From Planctomycetota bacterium (lineage in GTDB: Bacteria > Planctomycetota > JAKEIC01 > DYIT01): 35,233 nt of DNA. The translations under genes were made by a program, and so were the position numbers. The notes below the pieces were generated by a model. It was not told the DNA's origin, ran no database searches, and saw only the letters and a list, made by a program, of their open reading frames with translations. Shown here piece after piece: positions 1 to 6,748 of this stretch (its first letter is position 1; each line of letters begins with the position of its first letter). The DNA lies in NCBI GenBank assembly GCA_041308285.1, contig JBFZBV010000402.1:1-35233 (forward strand). Reading direction: 5' to 3'.

Positions 1-16
1 AATCGAGACGGTACGC

Positions 17-334
17 ATGTTCCGCGCGCTCTCCGTCGACAAGCGCGTTGAAATCGTGCGGCTGCTCGCCGGAAGGACGCTCTGCGTGGGCGCCCTGTCC
101 AATCTCCTCGGCGTTTCTGCAGGGGCCGTGTCCCAGCACCTCCGAATCCTGAAAGACGCCGGGCTCGTGGATTCCGACCGGCGCGGGTACTACATCCATT
201 ACAGCCTCGCTCCCGGCGCCGCCCGCCGGTGCAGGGAGGCGCTAAATTCACTTTTCGATTCGAACGAGGCGAAGGAGAAAGGAGCAAAGAGTTGTGCTGC
301 GGGAAAACGAAGTGCCGGAGGCCGAAGGACCTGA
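17..334 (+). CDS. ArsR/SmtB-family winged-HTH transcriptional regulator, DNA-binding core. The frame is open to the left edge, so the true start may lie upstream of the window.
   Basis: The sequence FRALSVDKRVEIVRLLAGRTLCVGALSNLLGVSAGAVSQHLRILKDAGLVDSDRRGYYIHYSL has the typical ArsR HTH plus wing layout. The frame stays open back to nt 2 (IETVRM...). Confidence 0.75.
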   Translation: MFRALSVDKRVEIVRLLAGRTLCVGALSNLLGVSAGAVSQHLRILKDAGLVDSDRRGYYIHYSLAPGAARRCREALNSLFDSNEAKEKGAKSCAAGKRSAGGRRT

Positions 335-444
335 AAGGCAAACCCGAGAAGTGCTCGCCGGAGCAAATCAGGAAGTGCCACGGCGACGCTAAGGGCCACC
401 CCTGCGCGGCCCCGCACTCCAAGGGGCCAAAAAAGAAGCGCTGA
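283..444 (+). other. Cys/His-rich tail (ELCCGKTKCRRPKDLKGKPEKCSPEQIRKCHGDAKGHPC) in the -1 frame relative to the ArsR core. Probably the displaced C-terminus of that regulator.
   Basis: The overlapping ORF 229..444 has no convincing start or RBS of its own, but it carries a patterned Cys/His motif. From memory, this motif resembles C-terminal extensions of some ArsR-family proteins. Confidence 0.45.
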
Positions 445-559
445 CGATGCCTTTCCGGCGCATTCAGATCCGCAGGGCCTGCGTATCTGTTCAGGTCATG
501 TTTCACGGAGGCGGCCCGGCGCGCGACAGACCGCGAACGCTAAGAAGGAGCTTGACCTT

Positions 560-886
560 ATGTTCGTGATGGACGTGCAGAAATCCGTCGGCGCACCTCC
601 CGGAAGTCATTCGGCCGATGTGCTTTTAGAAGCCGGTTCCGTCAAAGTCAGAAGAATAGAGCTCGGCCCGGGAGGGACGATTCCTCCCTGCCGGATGCGG
701 GACGACGTGGTTTTCGTGGTTCTCGAGGGGCGTATCACATTCCGGGAGGAAGACCAATCGACGACCGTGGAGCCGCCGGGCGCTGTCTACATTCCGGGCG
801 GCGCCACCGAGCGGAGCATGGAGGCCCAGGTGCCATCCATCGTACTTGCTGTGCTGTGTAAATCCGTCCGCGAAGGGAACAAATAG
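560..886 (+). CDS. Cupin-domain protein
   Basis: 108 aa with a small beta-barrel style sequence (RRIELGPGGTIPPCRMRDDVVFVVLEGRITF...VYIPGG). AAGGAG lies 10 nt upstream of the ATG. Confidence 0.6.
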   Translation: MFVMDVQKSVGAPPGSHSADVLLEAGSVKVRRIELGPGGTIPPCRMRDDVVFVVLEGRITFREEDQSTTVEPPGAVYIPGGATERSMEAQVPSIVLAVLCKSVREGNK

Positions 887-1887
887 TGATTCATAGCGCA
901 CCGTTTGCCGCGATTGAAGTCCGCGGCCTGGCCAAGCGCTTCGGCGCGGTGCAGGCCGTCTCGAGCCTGGACTTCGACGTCGCCCTGGGGGAGATCTTCG
1001 GCTTCCTGGGGCCCAACGGCGCGGGCAAGACCACGACCATCAACATGCTCACGGGCCTCGCGCGGCCGGATTCGGGCTCCATCCGGATTTGCGGGACCGA
1101 CTGCTCGGGAAATCCCAAGGCCGCGCAGCACCTCCTCGGGGTCGTACCGGACGAGAGCAACCTCTACCCCGAGCTCACCGGGTTCCAGAACCTCTGCTTC
1201 TGCGCGGCGCTGTACGGCATGCTCAAGCCCGCGCGCGAGGCCAGGGCACGGGACCTTCTCGCGCAATTCGGCCTGGCCGAAGCCCAGGATCGCAGGTTCG
1301 CCGGATATTCGAGGGGCATGAAGCGCAAGCTAGCAATCGCGGCGGGCATCATCCACTCGCCGCCCGTCCTCTTCCTCGACGAGCCGACTACGGGAATCGA
1401 CGTCGCCGGTGCCAGGCAAATCCGGAAGCTCATCGCGGACATGAACGCCGCGGGCACGACAATCTTCCTCACCACCCACTACATCGAGGAGGCCGAGCGG
1501 CTTTGCGGGCGCATCGCCTTCATCGTAGCCGGCGCAATCGTGAGGACGGAGGCGGTTTCCAGCCTGCTCGCGCAGGCCGGCGGGCGGAACGTGCTCCTGC
1601 TGAACATCTCGAATGAAACCGCCGGACACCGGGAAGCCCTCGCCGCCTCGTTCCCCGATTTGGCCTTCGAGGCTGCCGGAGCCGGCGGCATACGCGTGGA
1701 ATCCTCCGGGAGAATCCGCGCAGGCGAACTGGTCCGATTCCTGGAGGATCGCGGCGCGGAAGTCGAGGAGGCGAGAATCGTCAGGCCCTCGCTCGAGGAC
1801 GTCTTCGTCCGCGTCACGGGCATCGAGGCGTCCGCCATGAAGCAGGACAGGCCCAAGAGCCCGGCCGGTGGGGGAGGCGGATCATGA
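886..1887 (+). CDS. ABC transporter ATP-binding protein (ABC-2/DrrA-like exporter type)
   Basis: Walker A GPNGAGKTT, signature YSRGMKRKL and Walker B LFLDEPTTGID. The GTG start overlaps the cupin stop (TAGTG). Confidence 0.9.
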   Translation: MIHSAPFAAIEVRGLAKRFGAVQAVSSLDFDVALGEIFGFLGPNGAGKTTTINMLTGLARPDSGSIRICGTDCSGNPKAAQHLLGVVPDESNLYPELTGFQNLCFCAALYGMLKPAREARARDLLAQFGLAEAQDRRFAGYSRGMKRKLAIAAGIIHSPPVLFLDEPTTGIDVAGARQIRKLIADMNAAGTTIFLTTHYIEEAERLCGRIAFIVAGAIVRTEAVSSLLAQAGGRNVLLLNISNETAGHREALAASFPDLAFEAAGAGGIRVESSGRIRAGELVRFLEDRGAEVEEARIVRPSLEDVFVRVTGIEASAMKQDRPKSPAGGGGGS

Positions 1888-2621
1888 AAGCCTGGATTGC
1901 CTTCTGGAACATCCTCGTGAAGGACATGCGCACCTACTACCTCAAGCCCCCGAACGTGAGCTGGGGCATAATCTTCCCCTTCGCATGGGCCGGCATGTTC
2001 TTCATCCGATCGGGCCGCGATGCCGGGGGTATCATCGAACTGCTGCCCGCCGTGACGGCCGTATCGGTCCTCTTCGGCACGACCAGCATGCTCGCGGTGA
2101 CCGTGACGTTCGAAAAGAAGGGCCGATCCTTCGAGCGGCTGCTGCTCGCTCCCATCCCGCTGTGGCTCCTCATGCTCGCGAAGACGTCCGGCGCGGTGCT
2201 TTTCGGAATCGCGAACGCCTTCGTCCCCGTGATCATGGCCGCTTTCGTCGCAGACCTGTCCGGGGTTTCCTTCGGCATGCTCGTCCCCGCAGTCGCGCTC
2301 ATCGCCGTCTCCTCCACGTTCCTCGGGCTCTTCATCGCGGTTTCGGTGAGCGAGGTCTTCGAGGCGCAGACGTTCTCGAACTTCTTCCGCTTCCCGATGC
2401 TGTTCCTGTGCGGGCTGTTCTTCCCAATCGAGATGCTCCCGATTTGGCTCCAGCCGCTTTCGTACGTCCTTCCGCTGACGTACGGCGCGGACGCGCTGCA
2501 CGAAGCCGTGCACGGCGCCGGCAGGATGAACCCCGGACTTGACCTCGCCGTGCTCGCGGGGTTCTGCGCGCTCCTGTTCGCAATCAGCCTCCGCAACATC
2601 AAACGCCGGTGGATTGCATGA
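1884..2621 (+). CDS. ABC-2 type transporter permease
   Basis: 245 aa with about 6 hydrophobic helices. The ATGA overlap with the ATPase gene indicates translational coupling. Confidence 0.85.
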   Translation: MKAWIAFWNILVKDMRTYYLKPPNVSWGIIFPFAWAGMFFIRSGRDAGGIIELLPAVTAVSVLFGTTSMLAVTVTFEKKGRSFERLLLAPIPLWLLMLAKTSGAVLFGIANAFVPVIMAAFVADLSGVSFGMLVPAVALIAVSSTFLGLFIAVSVSEVFEAQTFSNFFRFPMLFLCGLFFPIEMLPIWLQPLSYVLPLTYGADALHEAVHGAGRMNPGLDLAVLAGFCALLFAISLRNIKRRWIA

Positions 2622-2636
2622 CGCGGACTTGCGCCG

Positions 2637-3167
2637 ATGAATGACGACGACGAACTGATGCGGGCCGTCGCAGGAGGGGACCTCGACGCCTTCAACCCCC
2701 TCGTCGCCGGGCATCAGGAGGAAGCATGGCGCATAGCGTTCCGGTTCACCGGAGACGCGGCCCAGGCCGAGGACCTCGCCCAGGAGGCCTTCCTGCGAAT
2801 CCTCGAGGCTGCGCCCCGCTACCGGCCGGCCGGGGGCTTCCGGATGTACCTGATGCGCGTCCTCTCGCGGATCTGCATCGACTGGAAACGCAAGAAGCAG
2901 CCGGCCCCCGCAGGCGACGAGCTGCCCGATCGCGGGAGCCCAGGCGGCCCGGCCGACCCGGTCCTCGAAGACGAGCGGCGCACGCGCGTGCGCTCCGCCC
3001 TCGACGACCTGCCTTCGAACCAGCGAATCGCCGTGATTCTGCGGTATTACGAAGGGCTATCCGGATCCGACATCGCCCAAGCCATGGACACGTCCGCCAA
3101 GGCCGTCGAGCGGCTCCTCTACAGGGCCAGGGAAACGCTCGAGGGCCGGCTTCGGGACATCCGGTGA
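2637..3167 (+). CDS. ECF (sigma-70 family group 4) RNA polymerase sigma factor
   Basis: Region 2 (DLAQEAFLRILE...YRP...F..YL..V....CIDWKRK) and region 4 (LPSNQRIAVILRYYEGLSGSDIAQAMDTSAKAVERLLYRAR). Confidence 0.9.
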   Translation: MNDDDELMRAVAGGDLDAFNPLVAGHQEEAWRIAFRFTGDAAQAEDLAQEAFLRILEAAPRYRPAGGFRMYLMRVLSRICIDWKRKKQPAPAGDELPDRGSPGGPADPVLEDERRTRVRSALDDLPSNQRIAVILRYYEGLSGSDIAQAMDTSAKAVERLLYRARETLEGRLRDIR

Positions 3168-3186
3168 CGCGGCGCGTCGATTCGCA

Positions 3187-3249
3187 CATGACCCGGACGA
3201 GCCGGAACTAAAAAGACAGGGCTCCTCCGGGTTATGCCACGCGCTGCGC
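3187..3249 (+). repeat. Copy A of a 63-nt hairpin-containing repeat (copy B at 17252..17314)
   Basis: 51/63 identical to copy B with no gaps. The 12-bp stem 3192..3203 / 3220..3231 has 1 mismatch and a 16-nt A-rich loop. Confidence 0.75.
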
Positions 3250-3597
3250 CTCGAGGGCTCGTATCTCCCGATTGCGCATCTCGGCATCGGAGAGGTCGGA
3301 GCACACATGGACGAGCCGGCTTCCGCCGCCCGGCATCCGGGGTGAAGCGTGTAGTATTCCTCGATTATTATCTGCAGGTCGGTTGAACGTAATCCTGCAA
3401 GCCGTTCGTCCTCGAAGTTCAGAAGCATCAAAGCATCCCTAGGAGTTCCGGAAACGAGATGGGCTGACAGGCATTGCCGGATGTAGGTGGTTTTCCCGGA
3501 ACGTCGCATCCCTATAATGATAAAGGCTTTGCCAGGGACGGCCGGCAGCTTGATGTCCCTGCGAGTGAGCTTTGGGACTTTTGCAGCCGCAGTCCTT
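3232..3597 (-). pseudogene. Decayed AAA+ ATPase (AAA_14/DUF4143-like) remnant: an N-terminal Walker A piece plus a short C-terminal piece in a different frame
   Basis: The minus strand reads ...KLTRRDIKLPAVPGKAFIIIGMRRSGKTTYIRQCL...LLNFEDERL...EEYYTLHP, with no start and a stop upstream. A second frame then ends RLVHVCSDLSDAEMRNREIRALEAQRVA*. The middle of the roughly 400-aa family is missing. The rest of tracked ORF 3057..3509 runs antisense into the sigma gene and is not credible. Confidence 0.5.
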
Positions 3598-3674
3598 CAT
3601 GCCGCGCTGCGTCACCCATAGGTGGCCAGAAAAATCCGAGGGGGAAAACGTCTGCTTGTCCGTTTATATGTTCA

Positions 3675-4175
3675 ATGAGCGAAAAAACGCCAACTTCCTG
3701 CGACGAGGTCCTAAAAAACCTGGGCTCCACCCCGCAAGCGGTTATATCCCCTGCGCTCCGCCATGACGTCATGGCTCATTGCGCCTCCTGCGAGCCCTGC
3801 CGGTCAGCGCTTGCGGCTGTCGACCCCGTGGCCGCATCCCTGTCGATTCTTTCCGCACCACCGCTGCCCCGGGATTTCCACGCCCGGCTGATGGAAAAGG
3901 CCCAGGCAAAGGCCTGCGCCGGCGCTTCCAACCGATTGGCCCGCTTAGCGTTGCTGCGTAGGCGCGCCGCAATCGCGGCCATGATTGTCGTGGGCGCCGC
4001 GCTCGGCCTCGTCTTCGGCTGGATGTCGGCCAAATCAGCCCTGAATGCGCCCGACCGGTCCTCTGCGGATCCCGTGGACATGTATCGACTTGACTCGCCG
4101 GGCAACAGCCGCGACGTATCCATCCCAGGCAGCTACCTCGATCTCCTGTCCGAACCGGACGTGGAGGCCCGCTGA
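3675..4175 (+). CDS. Anti-sigma factor (zf-HC2 type, single-pass membrane protein)
   Basis: It carries an H-x3-C-x2-C motif (HCASCEPC) near the N-terminus and one TM helix (AAIAAMIVVGAALGLVFGWM). I chose the internal ATG at 3675, because the longer ORF from 3474 overlaps the ATPase remnant. Confidence 0.7.
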   Translation: MSEKTPTSCDEVLKNLGSTPQAVISPALRHDVMAHCASCEPCRSALAAVDPVAASLSILSAPPLPRDFHARLMEKAQAKACAGASNRLARLALLRRRAAIAAMIVVGAALGLVFGWMSAKSALNAPDRSSADPVDMYRLDSPGNSRDVSIPGSYLDLLSEPDVEAR

Positions 4176-4177
4176 CC

Positions 4178-4729
4178 ATGCGAAATGAAATCGCCGTCCC
4201 GCTTATCGCACTGTCGGTCGCCATGAACGTCGCCGTTATCGGTGTGTGGGCAGGCCATGCAGCACTTGCGGGCGGAGAGGCGGGCAGGGCCGCAGAAAAA
4301 ACCGAAATCCGCCACCCCCTGCACCATAGGCTCGACCTCACTGCCGGGCAGCAGCGCGCCCTCGAACCCAAGGTTTCGGAATTGAAGGACCGGACGAGGG
4401 ATCTCAACATGGAGCTGGGCCGCCTCAGGGCCGGGCTGCTCGACATGATTGACTCGGAAAACCCCGATCCTGCCGCCCTGGCCGCCAGGCAGGACGAAAT
4501 CACCGCAGTCCAGGCTCGACTTCAACGTCTTGTCGTTGAACAGCTGCTGGCGGAAAAGGAAATCCTGACGCCCGCCCAGAGGCAGGAGCTGTTCATGCTT
4601 CTCCGAGACCGATGCGGGTGCGCCGGCCACTCCGGCATGGGCGTTCCCTGTGACGGCGGTTCGCCCTGCGGCGAAAACAAGAACCCCGAATCCAATCCCT
4701 GTAAATGCACGAAAGGAGGATGCAGATGA
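4178..4729 (+). CDS. Periplasmic heavy-metal sensor / Spy-CpxP-ZraP-like protein with a Cys-rich C-terminal tail
   Basis: N-terminal anchor or signal (IAVPLIALSVAMNVAVIGVWA) and two LTxxQ motifs (LDLTAGQQ, LTPAQRQ). The tail RCGCAGHSGMGVPCDGGSPCGENKNPESNPCKCTKGGC has 7 Cys. Confidence 0.7.
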   Translation: MRNEIAVPLIALSVAMNVAVIGVWAGHAALAGGEAGRAAEKTEIRHPLHHRLDLTAGQQRALEPKVSELKDRTRDLNMELGRLRAGLLDMIDSENPDPAALAARQDEITAVQARLQRLVVEQLLAEKEILTPAQRQELFMLLRDRCGCAGHSGMGVPCDGGSPCGENKNPESNPCKCTKGGCR

Positions 4730-5109
4730 AGAAGATCGCCCTGTTCACACTGTTTATCCTGGTCGCAGCCGGAGGGGTCCTGTCAGCGTACTCAATCGCC
4801 AGGAACAACAGCGCCCAGCCCCAGGACAAGCCTGAAATCGCCAATCCAGCGCCAGCCCCTGTCGAAACCGGCAAACCCTGCCTTGGCGACGGCGCCTGCC
4901 CCTGCGCCGGAGAAGGCTGCGGCAAAGAGTGCGGCAAAGAGTGCAAATGCGGCGGCAAATGCGATGACGGATGCGGCGACGGCTGCAAGTGCGGCGGCGA
5001 ATCAGGCGACGGCTGCAAGTGCAGCGGTCACGGCAAATCCGGTTGCCACGATAAAGGCACCGGCCACGGATGCGGCGGCAAGTGCGGCCGCGGATGCTGC
5101 AACCGTTAA
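4726..5109 (+). CDS. Exported Cys-rich metallothionein-like protein
   Basis: GGAGG lies 6 nt upstream, and the ATGA overlap couples it to the previous gene. It has a signal-peptide-like N-terminus (MKKIALFTLFILVAAGGVLSAYS). There are 18 Cys in the last ~78 aa in CGKEC / GCKCGG / GCGGKC units. Confidence 0.7.
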   Translation: MKKIALFTLFILVAAGGVLSAYSIARNNSAQPQDKPEIANPAPAPVETGKPCLGDGACPCAGEGCGKECGKECKCGGKCDDGCGDGCKCGGESGDGCKCSGHGKSGCHDKGTGHGCGGKCGRGCCNR

Positions 5110-5130
5110 TCCATGACACGGACGAATCGG

Positions 5131-5167
5131 AACCCGCCGAAGCCTCTGCGTAGGCGGGTTCGCGAAC
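5131..5167 (+). repeat. GTAG-containing REP-like hairpin (AACCCGCC...GTAGGCGGGTTCGCGAAC)
   Basis: Stem 5131..5138 / 5153..5160. GCGTAGG..GCGG.TTCGCGAAC is shared with the minus strand of 22905..22930. Confidence 0.4.
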
Positions 5168-5248
5168 TTCCATGCTCGTCCGGGCCATTTCACGCCCTTA
5201 CGCCTCCGGTTCTCCGCATCGGGATTTCATGTCCCTGGATTGCTTCTT

Positions 5249-5277
5249 TTGCCATGGCTTTGCGGTCGTGATATAGT
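5249..5277 (+). promoter_or_regulatory. Candidate sigma-70 promoter for the efflux operon (TTGCCA-17-TATAGT)
   Basis: -35 TTGCCA at 5249..5254, a 17-nt spacer, and -10 TATAGT at 5272..5277, about 65 nt upstream of the ATG at 5342. Confidence 0.4.
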
Positions 5278-5341
5278 CCCGCTGCGGTTTCTTCTTCCTT
5301 TGCATGTTTCACGGGTCTTTGGAGATCAATCCTTGGGATTC

Positions 5342-6748
5342 ATGAAACCAGGCGAAAGCCTGTCATGGCTCTTGATTCTCGCCGCTGCGGGCTCCGGCTG
5401 CGCGTTAATCGACCCCACGGACCCGTTCCGAAGCGCGCCAATCGCGGATGCCGTTCCCGGTGAAGGCGGGATTGCCAGGAGAGCCGTGCACGCCGTTCAC
5501 GGGCCGCTGAGCCTGGAGGAGGCCGTCCGCGTCGCTCTCGCGAACAATCCCGGGCTGGCAGCGGCGGCCCACGAGGCCGACGCCGCATCCGCCCGGCGGG
5601 ACGAGGCCGCAGCGCTGCGCTGGCCGACGCTGCGCGCATCCGGCGCATACGGCCACCACCTCGACCCCCAGCGCATGGGAGCGGCGTCCGGCAACGGCGA
5701 ACCCGGCGTCTTCGGACGGGACCTGTTCGCGGGCGACCTGGCGATTAGCATGCCGGTTTTCACGGGCGGACGAATCACCAGCGAAATCGAAGCCGCCAGA
5801 CTGCTCGAAATGGCCGCCAGGCACGGACTCGCCCGGACCCGGGACGAGCTGGTCTTCAATGTGTCGAGCGTTTTCTTCGGCATACTGGCACAGCGGAAGG
5901 CAATCGAATCGCTCGAGTTCTCGCGCACCGCCCTGCAGGAGCAACTCAAACGGGTGACGAACCTGATGGAAGCCAGGAAGGCGGCGATGGTGGACCGGCT
6001 GCGCACCGAAGTCCGCCTGGCGGACATCGAGCAGCGCCTTGCGCAGCAGCGCAACGCGCTCTCATTCCAGACGCGATTCCTTGCGAACCTCCTCGGGCTG
6101 GACGAACAGGAAAAGCCCCTCAATCCCGCCGGAGAACTCTCCCGCCCCGGAGCCGCCGCGCAAACCCTGAATCAGGTGCTGGCCCGGGCTTTGTCGCGCA
6201 GGCCGGACTACCTCGGAGCCCGTGCCGCCGTGGCGTCCCAGGCCCGCACCGTCGACGCTGCCCGGGCCGGGCACTGGCCCGCGGTTTCGCTGCAGGGGAC
6301 CTACGGATGGCGATGGGCAGCGAACCCCGTCGAAAGGCAGGCCGGAACTCCCGAGGGGAAAGACGCGGGACACGTCGGAATCGCGGTTGACATCCCCCTC
6401 TTCGAGGGAGGGAGAGTGGAAGCCCGTGTCCGGCGCGAAAAAGCCCGCCTGCTGGCCGCTCGGGAGGGTCTCCGGCGCCTCGAGCTCCAAATCCGCCTCG
6501 AAGTCGAAACCGCGGTCCTGAACCTTGAATCGGCGCGGCTCAGGGCCGATGTCACGGAAAAAGCAATCGGACAGGCGGCCGAGAGCCTCCGCATAGAACG
6601 CGAGAAATACGACATGGGCAAGGGCGCGATCGCGGACGTCCTCGACGCGCAGTCGGCCCTGCTCGAGTCCCAGACGGCTCATATCCGGGCGCTGGCCGAC
6701 TGCAACGTCGCCATGGCCCAGCTGAAATTGGCGGCAGGTGATCAATGA
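5342..6748 (+). CDS. Outer-membrane efflux protein (TolC/NodT family lipoprotein)
   Basis: Lipobox-like LILAAAGSGC and two OEP-type repeats (...LSLEEAVRVALANNPGL..., ...LNQVLARALSRRPDY...). I chose the ATG at 5342 over the TTG at 5240. Confidence 0.85.
   Translation: MKPGESLSWLLILAAAGSGCALIDPTDPFRSAPIADAVPGEGGIARRAVHAVHGPLSLEEAVRVALANNPGLAAAAHEADAASARRDEAAALRWPTLRASGAYGHHLDPQRMGAASGNGEPGVFGRDLFAGDLAISMPVFTGGRITSEIEAARLLEMAARHGLARTRDELVFNVSSVFFGILAQRKAIESLEFSRTALQEQLKRVTNLMEARKAAMVDRLRTEVRLADIEQRLAQQRNALSFQTRFLANLLGLDEQEKPLNPAGELSRPGAAAQTLNQVLARALSRRPDYLGARAAVASQARTVDAARAGHWPAVSLQGTYGWRWAANPVERQAGTPEGKDAGHVGIAVDIPLFEGGRVEARVRREKARLLAAREGLRRLELQIRLEVETAVLNLESARLRADVTEKAIGQAAESLRIEREKYDMGKGAIADVLDAQSALLESQTAHIRALADCNVAMAQLKLAAGDQ

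Noticed and set aside
3057-3509. The 150-aa minus-strand ORF as an intact gene.
   Set aside because: Only its first ~60 aa look like an ATPase N-terminus. The remainder is low-complexity and overlaps the 3' end of the sigma-factor gene. I treated it as part of a pseudogene instead.
5174-5184. A third copy of the 63-nt hairpin repeat, based on an 11-nt match (CCCGGACGAGC on the minus strand).
   Set aside because: The similarity does not extend beyond the 11-mer on either side, so I treat it as a chance or GC-biased match.
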